From contig CAJINV010000009.1 in NCBI GenBank assembly GCA_905178155.1, positions 2,519,373 through 2,583,372 on the forward strand: 64,000 bases of DNA, in the 5' to 3' direction. Shown piece after piece: positions 1 to 12,604 of this stretch. The notes under the pieces are model-generated. The model was not told the DNA's origin. It saw nothing but the letters and a program-made list of their open reading frames with translations, and searched no databases. The number at the start of each line of letters is the position of its first letter. Positions within the stretch are counted from its first letter, which is position 1. Both the position numbers and the translations under genes were made by a program. The DNA is from Amoebophrya sp. A120. Its lineage: Eukaryota; Protista; Dinoflagellata.

Positions 1-151
1 TCGGAACAAGTGTCCTCGGCTTTCTACTTTCTTCGCAAAAAGAAATCCACCAGTCTGTGTTGCACAAAACCAAACTCGCGATTCCTACTTCGTCATGCAG
101 AATAACCTCAAGAACAAAAAGCACATTCGTAAATAGTACCTTTGGCCCTCG

Positions 152-315
152 TATGCAATGCAAAAGCATCGTACTAGTATAACTACAAGTACAAATGCAT
201 TACAAATTTCCTCAGCATGAGAAATAAAATTTGTAATGCAGATTTGCCTTGAAGACAAGATTTGTAAAAATGCAAGACTTGCATTTGTACGAGTACGATA
301 CTTTTGCACAGGATA
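152..315. mobile_element. Introner F1 (flanks do not match)
   Basis: TIR TGCAAAAGTATCGTACTCGTA type; flanks CCTCG/ACCTG. Confidence 0.85.
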
Positions 316-853
316 ACCTGCCGGGAAACGCCGGCGGTGCCCTTGCAGTTGTGGTCTTCTTCCCTTCTGTGGTCGAGGCAGAAAACAAGTTGGCAGCGGA
401 CGCAGGTTATCCTGTGCAAAAGTATCACACTCGTACTAATTGCAGTCATCCATGACAAATCTGGTTCCTAAGGCAAATCCGCATTACAAATTTAGTTTGT
501 AATGCTGAGCAAATTTGTAATGCAATTCATACTAGTACGATACTTTTGCAGTTCATACAGGTGAAGGGCAGAAAATCCTGCTGGTGGCACCCCGGGAAAG
601 CGCAGTGTGCGCCGATGTGGGCGTATGACCAGAAAAAAGTGTTACAGTTACACACATAGTCTATGCAAGACCGGCATCACAGACAGCCTTTCTCATGCAG
701 GAAATGCTTTGGATCCTCATTTCCTTCCTGTTTTCCCTTATGTTTTCTGCATTGCAAGTTCTCTCTCTCATGCAGAGAAAACTTGTGTTGCGGAATTGAC
801 AACAAATGTGCAACTGTAACACTTTTTTCGTGGGATAGGGCGAAATGGGTCAT
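316..853 (-). CDS. AN1-type zinc-finger protein, copy A (traceable part; 3' continuation unclear)
   Basis: After removing introners 624-837 and 408-557: MTHFAHIGAHCAFPGCHQQDFLPFTCVRCQLVFCLDHRREEDHNC (AN1 Cys/His pattern). Confidence 0.75.
408..557. mobile_element. Introner F1
   Basis: TSD CAGGT; empty site in AN1 copy B. Confidence 0.95.
624..837. mobile_element. Introner F12
   Basis: TIR GAAAAAAGTGTTACAGTT; TSD GGGCG; empty site in copy B. Confidence 0.95.
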
Positions 854-1417
854 GAGTGGTTCTTGTTTCTCGTGAAGACAAGAAATGCGAAGAGGATTAG
901 AAAAATTTCTATTTGGGATACAACTAGGAGGTCCTGATCATGTAGCTAGTATACAATTACAACTTTAGGGTTTTTATAATTTTTTCTCATACACATACTC
1001 CCCGTGGTATCATCTTACAAACAGACAAGCCTACTGGGTTGCGCAAGCATCTGCAGTTGCTTGTTGTATTTGCCTCGCTCCATACGTGCCTACATGATCG
1101 TCAGTTCTTTTCTCCGTATGAACCAGGCGGACGATGAAGACTCTTCTTGATGTCTGTTGATGCACATTGAGTTTTTCGCTCGCCCCCAAATGTTGCCAGT
1201 CAGTGCTTTATTTGCATTTCTGCTCAGCGTTCGCGCTCGCCTCAGTTGACGGTTTTTTCTTTTTGACTCGCTGTGTACTCCCCTCAACATGAAAATCTGC
1301 ATCGAGCACATTTATCCCTTTCGCGATTTCTCCTGAGAGCGACAGACCTTGCGCGAAGCACGCGACTCGTTGGAGATGTGCGACCTCTTCGCAATTGATC
1401 GTTTCGGTTGCGGTTAG

Positions 1418-2101
1418 TCATAGACCGGCTACTTGCCCATGGTCCTCTTCGCATCTGCCAAAAATGCATGTCAATGCGACGTAGCCTGCCTTCGCATTCG
1501 CATTAATACTCATCCATGTCACTTCCACACCCCTCCTATCAAGTGCTTCCTCCCAATTCCCGTCCCCTACGCACTTATTGTTGCTATTTGTTCCACCAGC
1601 ATCCGGAGACTGCGATCCGCCACTGTTTCGCCGCGAGTTTATACCACCAGCTGCGGATGCTCCTGCACCTGCCGGCCGGCACAGCCCGGGCGTGTTGGCG
1701 TGTCGCAACCACGTGACATTTTCGTCTTCGCCCGGGACTTTCTGAATTGTTAGATTGCAGATTGGGCAAATGATCACCTGTCGGGAAACGCCGGCGGTGC
1801 CCTTGCAGTTGTGGTCTTCTTCCCTTCTGTGGTCGAGGCAGAAAACGCATGCAATGTAAATTTTCGTTTTCCGTACATGTACAAAGTGCATGACAAATTT
1901 CGCTAACTTGCAGTGTCCAACTTGTCATGCTAGACTAGGATTGCAGGCAAGTTTTGTCATGCAGAGACTGCATTTGTATGTGTACGGGAAATTTACTGTG
2001 GATAAAACGAGCTGGCAGCGGACGCAGGTAAAGGGGAGGAAATCTTGCTGGTGGCAACCGGGATATGCGCAGTGCGCGCCGACGTGGGCGAAATGGGTCA
2101 T
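1418..2101 (-). pseudogene. AN1 zinc-finger copy B, truncated and fused out of frame to a duplicated tail of the LRR gene
   Basis: AN1 domain plus CPICN...WLRH knuckle after removing 1848-2004; below ~1565 it matches 2814-2860 in another frame. Confidence 0.6.
1848..2004. mobile_element. Introner F6
   Basis: TSD AAACG; empty site in copy A. Confidence 0.9.
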
Positions 2102-2813
2102 GAGTAGTTTTTCTTTCTTGTGAGGCAAGAAATGTTATGAGGATTAGAAAATTTTAAATTTCTACTGTGGGCACTACTAGGAGGTCCTGCTTATTAACAT
2201 GTAAGTAGTATACTTCAGGGTTATTTTATTTCTCATACACCTACTAGTCCCCGCATCATCTTACAAACAGACAAGCCTACTACAACTGGGTTGCGCAAGC
2301 ATCTGCAGTTGCTTGTTGTTTTTGCCTCGCTCAATACGTGTGTACATGATCATCACTTTTCTCCGGATGAACCAGGCATATGAAGACTTCTCGTGATGTC
2401 TGTTGATGTGCAATTCAATTTTTCGCTCGCCCCCGATGTTGCCAGAGCCAGCCAGTGCTTTAGCTTTATTTGCATTTCTGCTCCGCGCTCGCGCTCGCCT
2501 TAGTTGATGACGGTCCTCTTTTTTTTTATGTTTGAATCTCTGTATGCACCCCTCAAAACGAAAATATGTATCGAACACATTTCATCCCTTTCGAGATTTC
2601 TCCTGAACGCGCCAGACCTCGCACGAAGCACACGTCTCTTTGGAGATGCGCGACCTCTTCGCCATCGATCGTTTCGGTTGTGGTTAGTCATAGACCGGCT
2701 ACTTCCCCATCCCCATGGTCCTGCTCTTCGCATCTGCCAAAAATGCATGTCAATGCGACGGAGCCTGCCTTCGCATTGGCATTCTCGACGATGAAAATTA
2801 ATACTCATCCATG

Positions 2814-5800
2814 TCACTTCCACACCCCTCCAATCAAGTGCTTCCTCCCTATTCCCGTTCCCGGCACCACCCCAACATCCCTTCCCTTCAGAGGTATCAA
2901 ATGCAAATATGTCTGGGTCTGGAAACTTGTAATGCTGCATGGGGAATAGTGAATGTTCTGTAATGCCCAGCCAAGCATGAGAAATATCTGCGCTTCGCTG
3001 TGTTGCGTTTTTCGCATAACAAACTGCGTTTTTGCATCACAGACAAAAGGGTCTCTTCTTGGCCACGACGCATCACAAACTTTTTGTTTTTCTTCTGGTC
3101 ATCCCAGACAAGCATGACAACTCTCGCAATCTTCCAGACCCAGACACTTTTGCAGTTGATAAGCGGATTCCCCAGTCGATGCCGGTTCCCCCGAATGATT
3201 TTCGCGTTGACGAGCGGTTGCGTCGACCCGTACTGGTATCTTGGATTCGCGGACATGCTCATCGCATTCACAATGGAGGCGGCAGCCGAGGCTTGTTTCG
3301 CCTTGCTGTTTTTACTAGCAGTGGTGCCGAGAATGTCAAAAAAATCCCGGCTGTAGATGCTGCTTTCGTCGAAACAGGGTTCTTGTTCCCGGGAGGTCAT
3401 CTGCAGCTGATTCGTCATCTGGGGTCGACTTCTTGTTCGATTCTTGCCGGTCTTTCCGGTTCGCGACCCAGGGGTAGTAGCGGTCAACGCTGGACCCATG
3501 TAGTCGATGTTGGAGTAGAGGGGCGTGCTGCGACCGCCTTGTGATGCGGCGCTGCCAAGAAGCTGCGCTCCAGAAGTAGTACCCGAGATCATATCCCCGC
3601 CTGCAGGACTTCTTGCTCTCGTTTTTTCCTTCGGTGAAGCCTTCGACCTGCTCATTGAGGTTGATTGTGCGTAGTGGGGACCACCATTGGCTCGGTGTTC
3701 ATCACGCTCTACTGCACGTGGTAAGTTATGCCGCGAAGAAGTCGAGTAGTCGTGGGTCTGATGCCTGTGGTGTTTTGAAGCATCAGCACCCGCTGCTCCT
3801 GCTCCCGGTTTTCCGAAATGGTAATAGTGCAACTGGTGCTCGTTGGCCCTCTCCTCTGGCGAGTTCGGCTTTTTATCAAACAGAAAAGTGCTAAACGTTA
3901 GCGGTTTTCATAGATTGCAAATATGCATGACAAATTTTGCTTAACACATGCTATGCATGACAAATTTGGGCACGTTTTGTGGTGCGTTACTGCATCACAA
4001 ATCCCGTTAACGTTAAAACTTTTTCCTGTGATACTTTTGGAACCAAGACAAGGAACTGTCGTCGTGCGGATTCCACAGCTCTGGGTCGTTGTCTATGGCG
4101 TTCTCAAGCGTTACATTCTCAACTGTTACACGAGTTTGTGATGCAAGAGCAGCAATATGGAAAGGGGCAAGCTTGCGAGTCTCGCGTCACAAATTTAATT
4201 TGCAACAGATTTAGATGCTGTTTAACCTTTCGAGAATTTGTCATGCGAAGCACCTTAATCTTCTGGCAACTCATGGGAATTTTGCATGACAAATTCATGT
4301 AACAGTTGAGAATGTAACGCTTGAGAGCCCCATATTGTCGTAGCGGGTCTGCCAACGCGCGTGGATGGGTTGCTCCTATTTGGATGTTGTAGTGGTTGTG
4401 GGATAATTTGTTTTTGTATTGCATCTGGTGCATTTCTGTGTAAGTTTCGCATTCGCATCTCCGCATCACAAATACACTCACTTACAAAAAAAATCAAAAC
4501 ATTAGTATGTACCTGCTGCCTCCTGGCCGCGGCTCTGAACAGCCGGTTCGGAAGGCACATTTTTTTCAAATTCTCCCTGCGCGCACTCAAATTCGGAAAA
4601 AGCTGTGGTCCCAACGGCTCCTCGTCCTCGTCCTCTTCATCATCCAAATAGCCCCGTCGGGAAGAGGAGGAGTTATCGTTTTCTGTGGATTTTGAATTCG
4701 CCGCAGTGAACTTTTTTGACTCCAGAAAGCGCGCCACCGTTTCCTGGCGAATCTCCGACAACTCTTCAGCGTTCGCTGGAACAAAATTCTTGTGTTTTTG
4801 TGTCCTGCTAATGGTCCCGGCGGCAACACCCGGCGTTTTCAAATTAGAATTCGTGCCAGGAGGGAAGACGTAGGAATTAGAATAGTTGTTCTCTTCACCA
4901 CCGAATTGTTCTTCGTATGGCGATGCAGCAGCACTTCTTGTTCCCCTACTCCTACTCCCACTGCGACTCCGTCGCCCCCCGCCGCGTCCACCAAGATAGT
5001 ACTTCGGCGCGCCGTATCAAATGTAAAAATGTCTGGGTCCTCTGGAAGCTTGTGATGCTGGGTGGCGTCTCATGATGAGGCCACAAATGCTGGCTCAGCA
5101 TGACAAGTTTCTGAGCTTCGAGGTGTTGCCTATTCTGCATGACAAACTGCGTTCCTGCATCACAGAAAAATGGAGCTCTTGGGTAACGTGCATGACAGAT
5201 CTAAGAGTCATGCCAGACAAGCATGACAAACATGCATTCTTCCAGACCCAGACATTTTTACATTTGATACGCCGTGCCCGGGGTAGCCGAAGGGAAAGTG
5301 GTCTTTTCCGTACTGCTGTAGGTGATGCTTTTCTTTTTCCTCGATGATGTGCAAGCAAAGCTTATCGAAGAAAAAAGTGTTATCGTTATCGAATTCGCAA
5401 TCGCAGAGAAAGCCACTTTTTACCGGGTCGCGAAAAAATCGATAACAGCGAACATTTTTGGTCACTTTTACGCTGCAGTACCGCCGTGCCTAGCGTTTGT
5501 TATCGAATTTTCTAGGAGTCCAAAATGAAAATCGATAACAGCGACCATTTTTGGACACTTTTGCGCTGTAATTAGCCCGTGCTAGGACGTTTGTTATCGA
5601 ATTGGTTTCGGGCGCTACAGAAAGCCATGGACCCAAAACCAATTCGATAACAAACGCCCGGGGCCGTGCTGACTACAGCGTAAAAGTGACCAAAAATCGT
5701 CGCTGTTATCGAATTTGAGGGCGCGACCACAAGGAAATTCGATAACAAACGCCAGGCACGGCGGTACTGCAGCGTAAAAGTGACCAAAAACCTCCGCTGT

Positions 5801-8800
5801 TATCGAATTTTTTGCGACCCGGTAAAAAGTGGTCTTTTTTTCGATTGCGAATTTTTCGATAACGATAAACACTTTTTTGCTCGATAAAGCTGGAGGAACA
5901 CGTCGACGAAGCAGCTCGGCTCTTTCAGCAGTTGCCGGATCAGGTTCTGCTTAGAAATCATTTTCCTGTTACCCGTTTATGCAAGAAAAAAACTGTGTAA
6001 GTGTAAGTCTGTGATGCGAAGCGTGCAACACTGTTACACTTGTGCTTGTCATGCTAACCAACCATAAAATCCTATTCTATTTCTTGATGTGTTTTCATTT
6101 ACTAGGTGCGCATGACAGGCTTTGTCTATCATGCAGAACCGATTTGTCATGCTGTCACAGCAAGACACCTACACTAACACAGTTTTTTTCTTGGATACCG
6201 TTATTCCGTCCTTCATTCCATTATTTTCGAAGTAATTTTTCGGGTCGATGGAAAAATCCCGACCGGTATCCACAATACATTTCCCGCACACGTACAGATG
6301 CGGTCTCTGCATGACAAAACTTGGCTTCGATCCTAGTCTAGCATGACAGGTTTTACGCTCCAAAATGGTGAAATTTGTGATGTTGCATGTTGTACATGTA
6401 CGGGAAATTTGTATTGCATAGCCGGCTTTTTGCAGCGCCAACCGAACCACCTCCTCGTTCTCCGGTTTCGAGAGGAGCTGCTGCAGTTGGTACGCAAGAG
6501 ACCCATCGGGCCGCTCATCCAGAGGCGAAATCGTGCGGACTTCTTCGTGAGGACTGGTACTTTGCAGACGATTGTGGTACTGATGATCTATTCCTCCTGG
6601 CGTAGAAGTTTTCCTGCCTCTCGGTTCAAACCCAAACCCGAACCCGCTGGGATGGTGAACTCGGTTGGGACGGCGCCTCTCGTGACTCGGGGAGATCATG
6701 CGGTGGAGAAGGTCAAAGTGCGCTTTCCGAACACGGGAGGACGAGGGGGCTGAGTTAATTTTGGAAGTATAATCCGCAAATTGCACGGATAGGGACGAGG
6801 TTTGATTGTAATGCCTCAACAAAGGGCATCTTCGAGATGGAGTCGTTTGAGATTTTTGAGTAAATAAAGAAAGAAGCACGAGTCATCAAAACTGAACAGA
6901 GATTAGAAAGCACATACACGTCGCTTCCGCCGAAACGGACTGCAGCAGCACCGAGTCGCTATCCACAAAAAAAAACAACAACGAACCCCTATCCAATTTG
7001 TCATGCAAAAAATGTATGATGTCCTGTGTTTGTCATGCATGAAATGGATGGGGACGGTTGTTTTTTCCGGGATAATCGCCAAGCGCGTTGTAGTTCAACA
7101 TCCCTGGCTTCGAATGCCCCGACGCGTTTATGGGACTGAGATCCTCCACTTGTGGTCCTTCAAACGGCGCGCCGCTCGGCGATGCTTCAAACGCCGTGAA
7201 AAAAGGCGGCTGATTCATCTCGTCTTGCGCGGCTCCGTGGTCTTGATGTTGCGCAAATGAAGCTGAAGAAAGCGAGCCCTGTTGTAATACTGCTGAGCCG
7301 GCGCGACTTCCATTGTTTCCGGCACTTCTTGATGTTGCACTCGTCCGAGACGCGGCACTTGCTCGGATTTGGTCTGTCTTGCGGTGGTCAACTTGCGCTG
7401 CAGCCACCTCTTCGTCACTCTCTTCTACAAACCCCTTGTCTACTTCGTTCGCGCTAGCTCTGTTCACCGAGAAGTTTTGAATACGGGAAGATGTTGATCT
7501 TCCACCCATTCTACTTCCTTCCTGTTGCTCTCCTGGTACGGCCTCCCCGCGGCTTGCAGCACTACTTCTGGTCGTGGCGTGTACTCCTCCGTTCTCAGAA
7601 GCAGACGTCGGCCGGGGGTCGTAGAATTTCTCCTCTCCGTCTTGATGCGTCTCAGCATCAGCCCATTGCTGCTGCTCTTGGCTTTGCGAACCAGGACCAC
7701 CACCTCCACCTCCCGAGGGGGCAGAAGAGGAGGACGAGGATTTTTTTCCACCACTGCTCGCCGAAGACTTGCTACTCAAGGACTTCGATGGTGCACCAGA
7801 CGACTTATTCGACGAACTACTGCCCCCGTCATTCATAAACAGCACCGGTGGGGGTAGTTTTTGGCGGAAGTGGAAGTCGCTGTTCATTTTGTGGCCGTGT
7901 TTAGAGTCGTGAGGGTTTATTTGATGCAAATCTTGTTCCCGCTGCGTGTGCTGCTGCTGTTCCTCCTCTTGCCTCCATTTCCTCGCAGACCGCGCAGTAC
8001 TGGAGGATGACCCACCGGACTGGTAATTTGGAAAAAACGTTGTCTTCGGCGCGGTGGTCCTCGTGGTAGACGCGAGAATTTCCTTCTCCAGGTCGTAAAT
8101 CTCCGCTTCCACGCGAGAGATAGCCGCAGCCTCCTCCCCCACCTCCTCGAAGTAATCTTCATTGCCACCGTGACGACTTTGATCCTCAGAGCGCCCGTGG
8201 TTGTATTTGGTCGTCTTATTTTTCTGCTCAGCAGCTGCATCCGCTTCCGCATTTGGTGTCGCAGCTGAAGACATGAGCACCTCGTCCGCGCCGTGGTCCT
8301 CTAGGGACAATCGTTCTTGGTTTTTTACCACCACCTCCCGCGCAGTTTGTATCTGCATGCAGTCTGCTGCCGTTGCCGTGGGCAAGATTCCAGCCCGGAC
8401 TTGCTTCTGGATCGTTTTTCCAACTTCCTTCTGGTTGAAACGCTGGAGTTGCGGTACAAGGTACAGAATTTGGTACTCGATTTGAAGCTGCTGCCGAAGA
8501 ACATCATCATCGTGCAATAAGGACGCTGAGGGAGACGATGAAGAGAACGTAGTAGAGCTGTTGCTTTTACTTTGATTGCTGCTTTTTATCGCCGATAAAA
8601 TTGGATTCCGCCCCAAATCCAGACTCCTCAATTTCGGCAGCGTCGCGAGTTTCCCCGTCTCCACGAAGGAAGTTACTCTGTTGCCGGCCAGGTCGAGAAA
8701 CTCCAGCGCAGGGAAAGAGCTTGCTATGGTTTCGGGAATCGTGAAAAGCTCATTGTCGGAGATAAACAACTATGAATTGCAAAAGTATCCTATCGTACTC

Positions 8801-9635
8801 GTATAAATGCATAATTACAAATGATTTCCTCAGCATGAGAAATGAAAGATTGTATGGATTTGCCTTTAGAAAAAGATTTGTAGCGCATGATTGCAATTAC
8901 TACGAGCACGATACTTTTGCACAGGATAGCAACTGCGTTAAATCTGTCAGCGGGCCGAGGTGGTCGAAAGTCTTCAGCCTGCAACCGGTCAAGATAAGGA
9001 CCTTCGTTTTTTATTGAAAGAATGTATCTATACGTCACGAGAACAAAAAAACAAAACGAAGACATCAGCGTCTCAATGGGTCGTGTAGAGGAATGACCAG
9101 AGGGCTATTGAGTGCTAAATGATAAATTTGTTTCATCCCGAATAAACAAGATAAACATGATCAAAGCATCGCTTTTATGCTGGAGAAAAAAAAACGCAAA
9201 AAAGCAATTCGTCCTTACCTTCAATTTCGGAAAGAGAACTGGGATCCCAAATCGTTCCGGAGCTACGAAAAAATCAGAGTCAGCTACCGCTCTGTCGTGG
9301 GAAAAGTCCGCATCGAGTGTGTGGGAAAGGAAGGCTCGGATCGTTATGGTTACAATTGTGCCGGATTTGCTTTCTTCAGCACGTTGACGGTCCTCGTTGT
9401 CTCGCACTGCGTCGCAGAACCTCTGTGCCTCGCTGCAGCGGACGTTCCAGTTCGTGGGGGGCTCACCTCGGCGGCGGTTTCCGGTGGTTCTGGATTCGTA
9501 GTTATCAGCTGTGTGCTTTTGCAACAGCGGCCTGCTTGTGCTCTGCTCCGCGTCAAGAACACGACGATCCTCATCGTCCTGAGCGGCTACGAGAAAGGGG
9601 GCCAGGCAATCCAACAACAGAGACGAGGAGGACAT
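2814..9635 (-). CDS. Large protein with N-terminal leucine-rich repeats and long low-complexity regions (12 introns)
   Basis: Spliced frame followed by hand: PKLKVLILTGCRL, LTQLFISDNEL, LEFLDLAGNRV, LRSLDLGRNPI ... ends HLIGGVWK*; 9 introners, GT-AG introns 9002-9218 and 4376-4512, non-canonical intron ~6842-6919. Confidence 0.8.
2895..3161. mobile_element. Introner F2
   Basis: TIR TGTCTGGGTCTGGAA; TSD AGAGG/AGCGG. Confidence 0.9.
3874..4033. mobile_element. Introner F3
   Basis: TIR AAAAGTGTTAACGTTAACGG type; TSD CTTTT. Confidence 0.9.
4094..4334. mobile_element. Introner F4
   Basis: TIR CTCAAGCGTTACATTCTCAACTGTT; TSD TTGTC. Confidence 0.92.
5015..5269. mobile_element. Introner F2
   Basis: TSD CGCCG. 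Confidence 0.92.
5363..5886. mobile_element. Foldback introner F15
   Basis: Near-complete palindrome with TCGATAAC subrepeats; TSD AAGCT. Confidence 0.92.
5978..6197. mobile_element. Introner F5
   Basis: TIR CAAGAAAAAAACTGTGT; TSD CCGTT. Confidence 0.9.
6267..6420. mobile_element. Introner F6
   Basis: TSD ACCGG/GCCGG. Confidence 0.9.
6960..7074. mobile_element. Introner F7
   Basis: TSD GTCGC/ATCGC. Confidence 0.88.
8771..8928. mobile_element. Introner F1
   Basis: TSD ACAAC/GCAAC; splits an LRR. Confidence 0.92.
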
Positions 9636-11853
9636 GTTTTTGGCCTTGCTCTACTAAAAGCCACAACAAAAATGGGGCAGCCTGACGAGGCCAAGGCGGG
9701 GAGTCGAAATCTTGAAACTGAAAGAAAATGGAAACTACAGGAACACGAGGACCACTAGTACCGGGGCCGTTGCTCAGTTTGATTCCCGAGCCTGGTGCCC
9801 GTTCCGCCTCAGCTGCTCACTTATCAAAGTGTAAGTGTCGTGTAAGGACTATTAGAATTCAATCAAGAAAGTGAAAGTTTGGTTGCCAGATGATAACACG
9901 GCAGCGGCACACTTCTTTTTGACAAAACGACGGCGCGACAAGACGAACCCTCTCAACTACAATCAACGCAACATTTCTTCGTGTAAACACCATCTTCGAA
10001 CGCTCCAACGGACCGCACTGCTCGACTTGTTTGGCACTCAGTTTGTACAAGAGAGAACGAAATAAATTCGTATAGGAAGCCTGGCTGCCGAAGCCTACTC
10101 TTCGAGTAGCAAAACCACGTCGCGGCCCCGGCGGGATCCTCGCCCAAGAACACTGCACATTTGATACTTTTCAGAGTTATCAAGGCTTTTGGTTTCAAAA
10201 TGTAGCCGCGAGGAGGTTCGTGTGCTGAAAAGGTCACTTACACTTGTTGTTCTTAATGTACTTTTATTTTCATCATGCGCATGCTAGTGCGTCTTTTGTC
10301 TTCAGGGATGATCATGATTGCCTTAGTTATGCACCTGTGAGGACTCCGAAAAAGTTTATGAATGAAAACAAAAAGGATTTGTGAATACAATAGCGGTCGC
10401 CTGAACTGGTAGTGGATCATGTGGATTCGGTACAACTGCTATGAAAAAGTGAAACAAACTGCGATTACAAGAATAAATGTACAAAAAAAAATGCAACAGA
10501 AACAAAATTATGACTAGGGGAAAGAAGGGGAAAATGAAAAAGGAATGGACACTTGTTGTTCGTTCTTCTGCAGAGATAGAGAAGAGCAAAAAAATAACTC
10601 ATGCATTTGGATAGTCGTAGCAGTAGCTGTAATGTGCGTCCATTGAAATGGAGCCGCTATGTTGAAAGTTGGCGTCGGCAGTCTTACCACTTGTACTTGT
10701 TGTATACTCAGCAGCATGCTCGCCTGCATGACGATGACAGAGACGCCACCTCCGAAGTAAAATTGCAAAAAAAAAAAACTCAAAAAACTTTTTTGAAAAA
10801 TTGTAAAAAATTAAAAAAAAGTAAAATGCAAAACATTGACCACAACTTCTGTCACTTCCTACAGACTCTCCCGGAAGTTTTCGTCTGGTCCGGGCGCCGC
10901 CGACCAGTCGAACCATTCGGGCTATGAATTGTATGCCGTCATGGTAAAAAAAAGCCACGTAGGACGAAGACTTGGAATTATACGTGGTCTGGTAGTACCG
11001 ACTAAATTAATACTCACCAGAGTTGTACGAAAAACGTTGCTAGGCCGACGAGGACGAGGTCAACATAAAATCCTGTGGACGATTCACGGTTTGTCATGCA
11101 ATGCGAAACGACTTCCATTTGATGAGAGTAGGCTGACCGCTCTCTGGTGTTCGTCGAGCAAAGGTGCCACGATATTAGTCTACTGGTCCTTACTAGCGTT
11201 CCCTTCATACTAGCACTGAAATTTGTCCAGCAGGTATACGACATTCGTGTTCCTGCAAGGTATCTCGTCCGACACGGTAGCAAAGTTCCTCCGTTCATCA
11301 TGTCGAGCATCAGAAGGGGGGGCTGGATCAAAAGTAAAAGTAAAACATCGCTCTTGTCGAAATAAAAATTGGGTTCGAAAAAGTTGTACCTACTTGTACT
11401 TGTAGGCATGCATACTCGCGAAAATAAAAAGAAAAAAAGCTAGAAAATTTTGAATTTGTATACGAAATGGGGACGTCGATAGAACTAGATTATCTTCTAG
11501 CCGTCACACGTAAAACTTTGGTAATCGTACTGATAGTGCAGTGTCAAAAAGAAAATTTTTACAGTCCCGCTTGAGCAACAGACTTTATATATAGAAAGTA
11601 AAATCCCAAAGGGAAGTTTGAATAGAGCACAGTAGCAGGGCGAACTGAGAGCATTGTCGTGTTGGTGTTCTTAAAATAAGTGTCTCGAGTTTTTGTATAA
11701 TAAAATATTCGCCATCAAGATATTAAACGACCTTCTCGTAGTTGTGAAATCACGATAACAAGGTCGCTTTACTAAAATTCTACTTCACAGGGACGTGATC
11801 GTACTCTTCCGGAATCGATTGATCCACGAGTGAACGCCTTTCTTAAAGTCGTC

Positions 11854-12135
11854 TATCCTGAGTAAAAAGGTACCCACGCCAGAGTTGTAATGCAGATTTG
11901 CAAAGACAGGAAGACTCGTAATGCGCATCCCCATGAGAGCCATTTCCAATCGTGTTATGGAGTTTGTGATGCTGTGAACAGGATGAGCAGATGAATCTGT
12001 GACGCGGCTGCACTTGCTAACCTGCACTACACTGCATATTAGTGCAACTTGTCATGCGTGACCCACAAAACTCCTAGGTTTGTGTTGCAAAATCCTCATC
12101 CTGACTCTGGTGTGGGTACGTGTTTACTCAGGATA
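11854..12135. mobile_element. Introner F8
   Basis: TIR TATCCTGAGTAAA..GTACCCAC; TSD TCGTC; empty site at ~25035. Confidence 0.95.
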
Positions 12136-12215
12136 TCGTCTAACTTCTCCACAAGGTGCTGCGGGAGACTCGCGATCGCATTCTGAAACCCGCCCCTTAG
12201 TTCAAAAGCGTGCTC

Positions 12216-12375
12216 TATGCATTGCAAAAGTATAGTATCGTTATCGTAATCGTATAAATGCATTAATTTCCTCAGCATGAGAAATGAAATAGAAATTTGT
12301 ATATGCGGATTTGCTTTCAGAAAAAAATTTGTAATGCATGACTGCAATACGAGTACGATACTTTTGCACAGGATA
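12216..12375. mobile_element. Introner F1
   Basis: TSD TGCTC; shared with 25115-25265. Confidence 0.92.
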
Positions 12376-12435
12376 TGCTCGACCCCTTGCGCAAGCGACT
12401 TGCGCAACGTCCCCTCGGCAAACTCAGCGGATTGC

Positions 12436-12598
12436 TATCCACAGTAAATTTCCTGTACAGGTACAGTTGCTGCCTCTGCATGGCAAAAGCAAAACTCGGC
12501 TTCGCTCCTTCTTTAGCATGACAAGTTTTACACCCCAAATTGGCGAAATTTGTGATGCATTTTCATTTTGTACATGTACGGGAAATTTGTATTGCATA
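12436..12598. mobile_element. Introner F6
   Basis: TSD ATTGC/ATTGG; shared with 25326-25476. Confidence 0.92.
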
Positions 12599-12604
12599 AT
12601 TGGA

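Noticed and set aside
9859-11409. Short minus-strand ORFs in the intergenic region, including 11014-11409 and its copy 24134-24622
   Set aside because: No motifs; the two copies differ by indels and have different ORF ends; likely UTR or intergenic
11785-12604. C-terminal exons of gene A
   Set aside because: Gene A's frame stops at 12605 and already encodes the homologous segment; this is a copy from gene B
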